Positions 47,316-54,262 of a stretch of DNA of 54,262 nucleotides are shown here, piece after piece. The stretch lies in the IMG/VR virus record IMGVR_UViG_3300025010_001927, positions 1 to 54,262 of that record, one strand, 5' to 3'. Below the pieces are notes generated by a model, which was not told the origin of the DNA, made no database searches, and saw only the letters and a program-made list of their open reading frames with translations. The DNA is from a virus. Lineage: Duplodnaviria; Caudoviricetes. Both the position numbers and the translations under genes were made by a program. Position 1 is the stretch's first letter. Every line of letters starts with the position of its first letter.

Positions 47316-48469
47316 ATTTGATTCACCTCCTTTGTTTGCATAAGTTTTTTACCTATTTCCGTGATGACCAATGTGGTTACTGCGTTTCCAAGACACTTAT
47401 ATCGCTGGGTGTCACTGATTCCTTCTGTCCAATTATCCGGAAAACCTTGTAATCGCTCGCACTCAACAGGAGTTAAGCGACGAATGTTTAAACCGTCATA
47501 TACCCCATGTTTGTCTTGGCTGGTTAAGGTGAAAGCGGGATCACCATCGTTTTTAAATCTTCGGCCGTTTTGGCGTTTTTCCATTCGATCGGGAGTTAAG
47601 ACTGGAATCGCGTACAAACCCGTCTTGCCACCTAGGCCACCAGCGTTTCCGGCTATGGTTGAAGCAATGCCATCAGATGAATAGACCCTCTGGCCTTGAC
47701 TAAAGTTTCGACTGTTTTGTTTGTTGTCTTTTAGCCACATATCTCTTTTTCCTCTGATACCTCCGATGTAGTGAAGGTAGGTTTCTCCGGCATTTCGGAG
47801 GGATCCATAACGGGCATCAATCGTGCTCGAAATCCTCGACCTTCCTGCTTGTTCTGTATACTTCGTCCGATGAGAAATTGAGTAGCTTTCGCCGATAGGA
47901 AATACTTCTGGTCGACTTGTTTCTCTAAGATGTCCGACAATGAACACTCTTTCCCTGTTCTGAGGGACTCCGAAATTCTTGCTATTAAGAACTTGCCATT
48001 GATACTCATACCCCAGATCGGAGAGAACCCCAAGTATTGTCTGGAAAGTTTTTCCTTCGTCATGACTAAGTAGCCCCTTAACATTTTCAAGGAGAAAATA
48101 TCTGGGTCTTTTGTCTCTGATAATCCGAGCGATTTCAAAAAACATCGTCCCTCTGGTGTCTTCAAATCCCAATCTTTTTCCTGCGATACTAAATGATTGA
48201 CAAGGAAAGCCAGCACAGAGGAGATCGTGGTCTGGGATGTCTTTTGTGTCGACAGTTCTGATGTCTCTGGAGTCGCATTCTCCGAAGTGCTTGGTGTAGA
48301 TTTGGTTGGCATATTTGTCCCATTCGTTGGACCAGACGCAATGAAATGCACGCTGGCCGTGTTGTGATGCTCCGCTCTCATGGTCGGAGCTACTTTCGGA
48401 TTCAATTTCCACTTTTTGTAGCCCATATCTAAAACCTCCAATGCCGGCAAATAAATCTATAAATTTCAT
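47312..48469 (-). CDS. dcm: C5 cytosine DNA methyltransferase
   Basis: DLFAGIGG, GFPCQ, LENV, PQNRER, RRLTP.ECERLQGF, LGNAV. Confidence 0.95.
   Translation of the reverse strand: MKFIDLFAGIGGFRYGLQKVEIESESSSDHESGASQHGQRAFHCVWSNEWDKYANQIYTKHFGECDSRDIRTVDTKDIPDHDLLCAGFPCQSFSIAGKRLGFEDTRGTMFFEIARIIRDKRPRYFLLENVKGLLSHDEGKTFQTILGVLSDLGYEYQWQVLNSKNFGVPQNRERVFIVGHLRETSRPEVFPIGESYSISHRTKYTEQAGRSRISSTIDARYGSLRNAGETYLHYIGGIRGKRDMWLKDNKQNSRNFSQGQRVYSSDGIASTIAGNAGGLGGKTGLYAIPVLTPDRMEKRQNGRRFKNDGDPAFTLTSQDKHGVYDGLNIRRLTPVECERLQGFPDNWTEGISDTQRYKCLGNAVTTLVITEIGKKLMQTKEVNQI
47731..48450 (-). CDS. Nested alternative-frame ORF, candidate MTase accessory polypeptide
   Basis: 239 aa open inside dcm; SLSDILE..VD.KYFLS.KA motif. 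Confidence 0.55.
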   Translation of the reverse strand: MPALEVLDMGYKKWKLNPKVAPTMRAEHHNTASVHFIASGPTNGTNMPTKSTPSTSENATPETSELSTQKTSQTTISSVLAFLVNHLVSQEKDWDLKTPEGRCFLKSLGLSETKDPDIFSLKMLRGYLVMTKEKLSRQYLGFSPIWGMSINGKFLIARISESLRTGKECSLSDILEKQVDQKYFLSAKATQFLIGRSIQNKQEGRGFRARLMPVMDPSEMPEKPTFTTSEVSEEKEICG

Positions 48470-49203
48470 GATTCATGTTGTGTTTTATACAGAGCCCTCT
48501 CGTTAGCTCTGATTAAAATTTCGATTATTTCGAGAGCTGTTCCAGTTGCTCTGGTCGAGTGGGATTTTAGTACCTGTTTGTTTACTTCCAGTTCCTTGAT
48601 AGATTTGTTTGTCGGCGTTAGCGTTGCAAGCTCTTCAAGAGACAGAACCAGCTCTTTTTCTTCAAGCTCTGTCACGACAGTGCTAACTGTGTTAGCCCAA
48701 TTGTCAGTATCACAACCTGATGAAGAGGGGCAGTATGTTTTCCCTAAATCTTGAATACGACCAGTGCTTCGGTACTGCTCGTAGTAAGATAGGGTTGCTA
48801 TTCCCTTGGCAACTGCCTGACAGGAAGAATCAAAAGTTTGAAAAGGCGTTTTACAACTGCTCCAACCAAAGGGGTTTCCTTCACAGGCATTTTTCCCGAA
48901 AGTACTTTCGACTTTGCTGATACCGACTAATAAATAAGGGTTAACATTATGTTCATCAGCACAACTAACGAAAACAGAGCTCTTGTCCTTTAAGGGGCTA
49001 CTAAATTCGCTAAGCAAATCTTTGATTGCTTGAACTCTGTAACTGGCAGCGGAATCTTCTTCCATACTAGGAGTTGGTGATGTTGTCTGTTCAGGAACAG
49101 GTGATATCAATTCAACATCCCGATTTTGGTTCCTGGCAAATAACACCAATGCAGTGAGAGAGAAACAAAGAAAAGCTAGTAGTATGAATATAAGTTTTCT
49201 CAT
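48466..49203 (-). CDS. Membrane-anchored lysozyme-fold (glucosaminidase-like) protein
   Basis: TM; LLVGISKVESTFGK...NPFGW; YCP...W. Confidence 0.65.
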   Translation of the reverse strand: MRKLIFILLAFLCFSLTALVLFARNQNRDVELISPVPEQTTSPTPSMEEDSAASYRVQAIKDLLSEFSSPLKDKSSVFVSCADEHNVNPYLLVGISKVESTFGKNACEGNPFGWSSCKTPFQTFDSSCQAVAKGIATLSYYEQYRSTGRIQDLGKTYCPSSSGCDTDNWANTVSTVVTELEEKELVLSLEELATLTPTNKSIKELEVNKQVLKSHSTRATGTALEIIEILIRANERALYKTQHES

Positions 49204-49205
49204 AT

Positions 49206-49931
49206 TTAATCGTTTGCACACCTCCAGTAGAACAGTTGTTCTTTGCTTCGAACTCCGACAGCATCCTTGCAGTACGACAGCGCTATCGCTAACCTGCTTT
49301 CTTCGTTATTAAGGAAAGCCTTCTTAATGTGACTGAAGAATTGTCGGCTCGGCTTTCCCATCAATCCAAGTTCGTCCCAAAGTCGTATGGCATCGACTTG
49401 CCATTCATACTTGATTCCATCGTTCTTGCTTTTGAGAGGTTCACGCTGCTCAACTATTTCTCCAATCGAAGCGAGTCCGTTTCTTAAATTTTTATGACTT
49501 CCAGTACTATTGTCATTTTCTTTGTCTATATCTTTGTTTGCTCTCAATTTGAGACGCGGAAAAGTCTCATTTTGATACGAATCGTATCTCGGTTTGATAC
49601 TGGCAGTCTCATTTTGAGACTCTGTTTTAATCATCACTTCATCGAACCAACTACTGGTTGCTTTTATGAGTGCTGGTTGATCAGGATGTTTTTCTAGGAG
49701 TCTGAGTGAAAGGCCTTTGTTTATAGCTCTAAAAACAGTTGCTCTACCTAAATCTAGATAGCCGGCCAGCGTTTCTTTTCTTGCATAACACCAACCCATC
49801 TGGGTATTCTTGGGGTTAGTGGCTAAGTTGTGAATTAAGTCAAACACACAATACTCGTTAATAGTTAAGCCAAGTCTCACCCTGGCATCGTGATTTATAG
49901 TTGTATAGTTGAGTCTTGTTACTTTGCTCAT
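49206..49931 (-). CDS. Phage replication initiator (winged HTH)
   Basis: GWCYARKETLA.YL...RATVFRAI; internal iterons. Confidence 0.75.
   Translation of the reverse strand: MSKVTRLNYTTINHDARVRLGLTINEYCVFDLIHNLATNPKNTQMGWCYARKETLAGYLDLGRATVFRAINKGLSLRLLEKHPDQPALIKATSSWFDEVMIKTESQNETASIKPRYDSYQNETFPRLKLRANKDIDKENDNSTGSHKNLRNGLASIGEIVEQREPLKSKNDGIKYEWQVDAIRLWDELGLMGKPSRQFFSHIKKAFLNNEESRLAIALSYCKDAVGVRSKEQLFYWRCAND
49541..49620. repeat. Four palindromic iterons, putative replication origin
   Basis: CTCTCAATTTGAGAC, GTCTCATTTTGATAC, ATCTCGGTTTGATAC, GTCTCATTTTGAGAC. Confidence 0.8.
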
Positions 49932-49974
49932 GTTTGGTTTTCGTGCAACTTTTCATAGGCATTACTGTTTTTTG

Positions 49975-50262
49975 CTAGACAGCATTCTTTTCAGGAATAT
50001 CAGTTGTATCCAGTGGCTCTCTCACGATGTACCACTTTTCAGCTGGAATACCTAAGTAATCGCCGACTTTTTTGACAGTCGAAGGTCGCGGGTCACCACC
50101 AATAACTAACACCCGCCTAACTGTTTGGGGGGAGAGCTCAACGTCTATGGCCAACTTAAATCTTGAAAGTCCTTTAGTAAGTCTAATTTCGTCAAAGAGC
50201 TCACTATGAACTCTCTTGTCTTTATTGATGTAGATTGTCTTTTTATGAGCAGTAGTTGTCAT
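49975..50262 (-). CDS. Cro-like HTH protein
   Basis: LSRFKLAIDVELSPQTVRRV...PRPSTVKKV; divergent from repressor. Confidence 0.75.
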   Translation of the reverse strand: MTTTAHKKTIYINKDKRVHSELFDEIRLTKGLSRFKLAIDVELSPQTVRRVLVIGGDPRPSTVKKVGDYLGIPAEKWYIVREPLDTTDIPEKNAV

Positions 50263-50272
50263 CTTTAATAAT

Positions 50273-50336
50273 AAAGTACAGATTATTGTAATTTACCTCA
50301 ATAAACTTTATGATGATTTATGTTCATTTGTGTAAA
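50273..50336 (-). promoter_or_regulatory. Early lytic promoter
   Basis: TTGAGG-17-TACTTT; near-copy of 52267-52330. Confidence 0.7.
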
Positions 50337-50359
50337 CAATTCTCATTATAGTATGATTA

Positions 50360-50375
50360 GTAAGAGTTTTCTTAC
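50360..50375. promoter_or_regulatory. Palindromic operator GTAAGA-N4-TCTTAC at repressor promoter
   Basis: Perfect palindrome upstream of TG-C-TACAAT; recurs at 52584. Confidence 0.65.
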
Positions 50376-50414
50376 ATTATTTGCTACAATAAATTAGCCG
50401 GTACTTTTTAAACT

Positions 50415-50873
50415 ATGAAAAATACATCTGTAACTAAAACAACACTCCAGGGGCCAGACGACTTTACTACCGTTTGGGAGTATCTCAGCTCTGTTAGAGA
50501 AGCTAAGGGGTATACCATTCGTGTTGTTATCGACTTAATAAACCAAGCTATCTCTGAGGAAAAGCTGGAGCCTCAAGCTGCTATCTCACGCGGTTATCTC
50601 TCTAACTTAGAGTCAGGTAAATATCTTCATCCTTCTCCTTTTAAGCTCAAAGGATTGGCTGAGGCGTACAACATTCCTTACGAATTGTTGCTAAACAAGG
50701 CTGGGTATTTGGATAAAACAAGCAAAAAAATAAAAGAGGACGCTGCATTCACCTTAATGTTAAAAGAAGTCCAGGATATGACTGTTCGTGAAAGACAAAC
50801 TGTTCTGGATTACATCGAGTATGTGAAGTCCAGAAGAAATAAAAAATATGATAAAAGCCCAAAAAAGGGCTAG
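50415..50873 (+). CDS. XRE-family prophage repressor (ImmR-like)
   Basis: ISRGYLSNLESG...PSP..L..LA..Y...LL..AGY. Confidence 0.85.
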   Translation: MKNTSVTKTTLQGPDDFTTVWEYLSSVREAKGYTIRVVIDLINQAISEEKLEPQAAISRGYLSNLESGKYLHPSPFKLKGLAEAYNIPYELLLNKAGYLDKTSKKIKEDAAFTLMLKEVQDMTVRERQTVLDYIEYVKSRRNKKYDKSPKKG

Positions 50874-51300
50874 GCAGGTTTTACGAAAGTATAACCTGAC
50901 TACTGCCCCAATTAATTTACAGACAATTATTGATGGTGAGGGGTTGATCCTTGACGAGTGGTCATTTCATGGAAGAGTAAAGGAAGTCTATTTAGGAGAC
51001 AGTATCGGAATAAATAAAAATGAGGATCCCCAAAAACGGCGCGAGTTAATTGCACATGCTTTAGGACACCATTTTTTACATCAGGGGAATCATCTTTACT
51101 TTGAACGTCGGGACCAATTTACAGCCTTTAAGCAAGAGCACGAAGCTCAATGTTTTGCAGCAGAACTTCTCATGCTAAACAAGGAACTCAAAAAAGTTAA
51201 GCATCTTACGATTGCAGAGATCGCCGACTTCTTTTCTGTTCCAGAGGATTTTACTCAGTATGGAATGAGTGTTGTTTTAAAGGGGGGCTTATGCCACTAG
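50848..51300 (+). CDS. ImmA/IrrE-family protein with HALGH in place of HExxH
   Basis: RRELIAHALGHHFLH, E.EAQCFAAELLM. Confidence 0.85.
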   Translation: MIKAQKRARQVLRKYNLTTAPINLQTIIDGEGLILDEWSFHGRVKEVYLGDSIGINKNEDPQKRRELIAHALGHHFLHQGNHLYFERRDQFTAFKQEHEAQCFAAELLMLNKELKKVKHLTIAEIADFFSVPEDFTQYGMSVVLKGGLCH

Positions 51301-51926
51301 CAATGCTCATCTTTATGGACGAGTCCGGTGATACTGGATTTAAGCTGAAAACTGCCTCCAGTAGGTACTTTGTATTAACGATTGTTATTTTTGATAATCT
51401 TGAAAGCGCAGCGAAAGCCAATGATGCTATCAATGAACTGCACAAGGAACTTAAATTTCCCGAGAGCAAAGAGTTTAAATTTAGCACAGGCACATCGAAT
51501 AAGTATAAAACGGTGTTTCTTAATAAGCTGTCTAAGTTTGACTTTCGGTATCGAACGATAGTCATTGACAAAGAAAGATTGGTACAGCGTGAACCAAGTA
51601 ATCCGGAAGAGAGTTTATATATGTTGGTAACTGACCAGTTATTCCTCAGAGCTCAGAGCCGAGTTAAGAACGCTTCGCTTTTCGTTGATAGAACGGCTCA
51701 GTCAAAAGCATTCATTCAGAAGTTCAATCGGTACTTAAAGAAAAAACTAAACACGGATATGAATAAACTCATTGGTGAAATTCGACACAAGGACTCCAAA
51801 AGCAACAACCTTTTGCAGCTGGCCGATATGGTATGTGGTGCAATTTACAGAAAATACAACAAAAAGGATGACTCGTTTTATAAGATGATCAGAAAGAGAG
51901 AGGAAGATTTGTGGAAGCCCTATTAA
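51291..51926 (+). CDS. DUF3800 domain protein (RNase H-like acidic motifs)
   Basis: FMDESGD, EFKF, FVD, DSK...LQLADMV. Confidence 0.85.
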   Translation: MPLAMLIFMDESGDTGFKLKTASSRYFVLTIVIFDNLESAAKANDAINELHKELKFPESKEFKFSTGTSNKYKTVFLNKLSKFDFRYRTIVIDKERLVQREPSNPEESLYMLVTDQLFLRAQSRVKNASLFVDRTAQSKAFIQKFNRYLKKKLNTDMNKLIGEIRHKDSKSNNLLQLADMVCGAIYRKYNKKDDSFYKMIRKREEDLWKPY

Positions 51927-52020
51927 ACAAAGCGACCTCTGTGGCTAAGTTGAATCACTATTGCTAGTGTCAACAGTTCCCTAAAAGTAAGGTACCTTCA
52001 CCACAAAGGTCATTCGGTAC
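51923..52020 (-). ncRNA. Structured ~95-nt ncRNA convergent with DUF3800 gene
   Basis: GACCUUUGUGG/CCACAGAGGUC outer stem, inner hairpin with GCAA tetraloop, U-rich tail, own promoter. Confidence 0.7.
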
Positions 52021-52024
52021 TGTA

Positions 52025-52053
52025 AATATACCAAACATGCCCTCCAGAGTCAA
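52025..52053 (-). promoter_or_regulatory. sigma70 promoter for the ncRNA
   Basis: TTGACT-17-TATATT with extended TG. Confidence 0.7.
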
Positions 52054-52058
52054 TGCCA

Positions 52059-52208
52059 CTAGGTAAAAATTAGGTATACCCCGAGTAATAAACTTACAAG
52101 TAAAACGCCTCCGATAATCCACCCAGAGTAGCTCGGCTTACTTCTATGAGCCACAATCGTTGAGTACATAAATGGTTGTTCTTTCTTTTGACGAAAAAAG
52201 TTTGACAT
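52059..52208 (-). CDS. Leaderless small membrane protein, 49 aa (not in ORF track)
   Basis: MSNFFRQ...GWIIGGVLLVSLLLGVYLIFT; TG-C-TATGAT ends 6 nt before ATG. Confidence 0.6.
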   Translation of the reverse strand: MSNFFRQKKEQPFMYSTIVAHRSKPSYSGWIIGGVLLVSLLLGVYLIFT

Positions 52209-52266
52209 ATTTCTATCATAGCAAATCCAGCGTAATTGATCGCAATGTACACAAGCTTCCTACATA

Positions 52267-52330
52267 TTTACATAAGTGGACAAAATTACTCACAAAGTTT
52301 ATTGAGGTAAATCAACAGTTTCTGTACCTT
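52267..52330 (+). promoter_or_regulatory. Promoter of putative directionality-factor gene
   Basis: TTGAGG-17-TACCTT; twin of 50273-50336. Confidence 0.7.
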
Positions 52331-52341
52331 TAGTTATAAAG

Positions 52342-52587
52342 ATGACAGAAATTGCTGCTCAAAAACCAACAAATGACGATAACAACCTGATACTTGCAAA
52401 CTCTTTAATTACAAGGGAAGAATTGGACGAGTTTAAGGCAATTGCTTTAAAAGAGCATGGTGTTGAGCTAACTGACGAAGAAGCATTTGAACAAGCAACC
52501 GCTCTTCTGCGGCTTTTCGATGTCTTACTAGAAAAAAGACTTGCAACCAGGCGAAACAGAGTTAACATCAACACAACCCAGAAGTAA
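52342..52587 (+). CDS. Small protein upstream of integrase, candidate recombination directionality factor
   Basis: EELDEFKAI..KEHGVELTDEEA; position and lytic-type promoter. Confidence 0.55.
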   Translation: MTEIAAQKPTNDDNNLILANSLITREELDEFKAIALKEHGVELTDEEAFEQATALLRLFDVLLEKRLATRRNRVNINTTQK

Positions 52588-52601
52588 GAATAATCTTACT
52601 T
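52582..52601. promoter_or_regulatory. Palindromic operator upstream of integrase
   Basis: AAGTAAGA-ATAA-TCTTACTT. Confidence 0.7.
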
Positions 52602-52616
52602 GGTAGTTAAAATAAC

Positions 52617-54248
52617 ATGAATACATGCTTTATATACTGTAGAAAATCTTCCGAGGATAAGGAACGGCAAATTCTCTCCCTTGATGATCAGGAACGTACC
52701 TGTAAGGAATTGGCGAAGGATAAGGGGTTTGCAGTGCTAGGTGTCTACAAAGAGAGCAAATCAGCTAAGCGCCCGGATCATCGTCCTGAATTTTCAGCCA
52801 TGGTTGAAAGAGTCTCCAAGGGTGAGGTAAAGCACATTCTCTGCTGGAAAGCGGATCGACTCTGTCGGAATGCTAAAGAAGGTGGCACCCTGATAGATCA
52901 CGTCGACTATAACGGCATGTTGATCGTCACCCCCACCATGGATTACGATCGCAATAACTCCACCTTCCTTTTTATCGAATTTGGCATGGCAACTAAATTT
53001 AGCAAAGACCTTTCCGATAATGTAAAAAGAGGAATGAATACAAAGGTTCAAAATGGTTGGCGACCAGGATCCGCTCCGTTGGGGTATATGAACGATTTCT
53101 TCAAACCCAAAGGTCAAAAGGAAGTCCTACCTGATCCTGAGCGTTTTGATCTATGTCGTAAGTGGTGGGAGATAATGATGACTGGCGAAGAAACCGTAGT
53201 CAGCTCACTAAAGAAGATTACTGCGATGGGCCTGCGCGGTAAGAGAAAAAGCGGTAAGCCTGTTAGTACCACTGAAGCATTTCGCTTTTTTCGCAATATT
53301 TTTTATACCGGCATGTTTGATTACAATGGCGAGCGACATATTGGTAAGCACAAATCGATGATCACTCTTGATGAATACCAGCGTGTACAGGATATTATTG
53401 ATGGTCGCAAACGAGTATTCAAACAACGCAATAACTTTTACTTCATGAAGCTTCTCAAATGTGGTGAGTGTGGTGCAGCTATTACTGCAGACAGAAAAAC
53501 CAAACACTACAAACGTTCTGGTACCTCTCAAATTTTTATATATGCTCGATGTACTAAGAAGTTGGGACCCTGTCACCAACAGTATCTAAATGCTGATGAG
53601 GTAGAAAAGCAGGTCAGGGAATTTATTGCTAGTTTGGAAATTAAACCAGCATTTGTGGAATGGATTAAGAAGAGCTTAAAACGAAGGAATGAAAGAGAGT
53701 TTGATTTCGAACGAGCTCAAAAAGGCAAACTCAGTAAGCGCCTAGATACAATCTTGGTTGAAAAGAAAACCCTCTATGGAATGAAAATCGATGGCATGAT
53801 TGGCGAAGAAGAGTATCAAAAGGAGAAGGCTCGGTTGCTAACTGAGGAGAAACAAACCAAAGAAGGAATCGAGGTGGATGGTGTAGCCTCATGGACAAAG
53901 ACAATGGAAGAAACATTACACTTCGCTGCCAATGTAACTAGAATCTTTAATATTGACGACATTGAAGTCAAAAGAGCTGTCCTGCGGATTCTCGGCTCGA
54001 ACCTGTTTCTAAAAGACAGATTAGTGCGAATTAACGGGAAAAAAGCGTTTGTCTTTCTAAAAACGGCTGAAAAAGCGTTCAATGAGAAAAAAGGTCGGCT
54101 CGAACCTGAAAATAGCTTGATAACTCGGGATAATACCACTCTTTCGAAAAACGATTCCGATATGGAGCGGGTGAGGGGAGTCGGACCCCTTTTATCAGGT
54201 TGGAAACCTGGAGTAATAACCGTTATACGACACCCGCATAACCACTAA
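52617..54248 (+). CDS. Large serine recombinase (integrase)
   Basis: YCRKSS, DRLCRN, recombinase domain N.FY.G, zinc ribbon CGECG, coiled coil. Confidence 0.95.
   Translation: MNTCFIYCRKSSEDKERQILSLDDQERTCKELAKDKGFAVLGVYKESKSAKRPDHRPEFSAMVERVSKGEVKHILCWKADRLCRNAKEGGTLIDHVDYNGMLIVTPTMDYDRNNSTFLFIEFGMATKFSKDLSDNVKRGMNTKVQNGWRPGSAPLGYMNDFFKPKGQKEVLPDPERFDLCRKWWEIMMTGEETVVSSLKKITAMGLRGKRKSGKPVSTTEAFRFFRNIFYTGMFDYNGERHIGKHKSMITLDEYQRVQDIIDGRKRVFKQRNNFYFMKLLKCGECGAAITADRKTKHYKRSGTSQIFIYARCTKKLGPCHQQYLNADEVEKQVREFIASLEIKPAFVEWIKKSLKRRNEREFDFERAQKGKLSKRLDTILVEKKTLYGMKIDGMIGEEEYQKEKARLLTEEKQTKEGIEVDGVASWTKTMEETLHFAANVTRIFNIDDIEVKRAVLRILGSNLFLKDRLVRINGKKAFVFLKTAEKAFNEKKGRLEPENSLITRDNTTLSKNDSDMERVRGVGPLLSGWKPGVITVIRHPHNH
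54162..54174 (+). repeat. attR (core ATGGAGC)
   Basis: Matches 99-111; equals tRNA-Gly 3' end on minus strand. Confidence 0.85.
54163..54237 (-). tRNA. tRNA-Gly(TCC) with encoded CCA, integration target
   Basis: GCGGGTG/CACCCGC acceptor stem, anticodon loop TTTCCAA, T-arm AGGGG/CCCCT. Confidence 0.93.
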
Positions 54249-54262
54249 ATTATATCAAACTT

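Larger units (their letters stand above)
99..54168. mobile_element. Integrated temperate prophage, ~54 kb, podovirus-like morphogenesis genes
   Basis: Bounded by ATGGAGC(T/G)GGTGA direct repeats, one being the tRNA-Gly 3' end; contains integrase, repressor, terminase, portal, capsid, tail and lysis genes; no tape-measure or tail-tube gene recognised. Confidence 0.93.

Noticed and set aside
49541-49620. Short regularly spaced palindromes as a CRISPR-like array
   Set aside because: Spacers only 5-8 bp, inside a CDS, no cas genes; better explained as iterons
50291-52312. 19-bp inverted repeats as IS ends
   Set aside because: No transposase or target duplication; they coincide with -35 elements
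1-54262. Alternative genetic code
   Set aside because: Genes are full length under the standard bacterial code and TGA/TAG terminate intact ORFs

Overview
The window holds an apparently complete ~54 kb temperate prophage integrated at the 3' end of a host tRNA-Gly(TCC). The attL core is at ~99-105 and the attR core at ~54162-54168; a partial host tRNA-Leu(TAA) lies at the left edge. A large serine recombinase reads through the att site. Right to left on the minus strand come the immunity/early region, the replication initiator with iterons, methyltransferases, terminase, portal, head genes, short-tail (podovirus-like) genes, ejection/polyvalent proteins and lysis genes. Two large cargo blocks interrupt the late genes. 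Block 18.9-25.0 kb carries a padR-arsC-P-type ATPase-dsrE-PAP2 operon and a HEPN protein. Block 27.1-42.7 kb carries a type III RM defence cluster, a DUF4365-like nuclease and an ECF sigma/anti-sigma/MltG envelope module. Gene style suggests a Patescibacteria (CPR) host, which is inference only. The most notable unannotated signals are: (1) two copies of a conserved RNA motif fused to long terminator hairpins ahead of the portal and head operons, with a DUF2292-like small protein as candidate antiterminator; (2) a separately promoted structured ncRNA convergent with a DUF3800 gene; (3) attP inside the integrase ORF, swapping its C-terminal tail; (4) a shared tandem-repeat promoter class; (5) a nested alternative-frame gene inside the C5 methyltransferase. 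All family assignments are from motif recognition by eye, not database searches.
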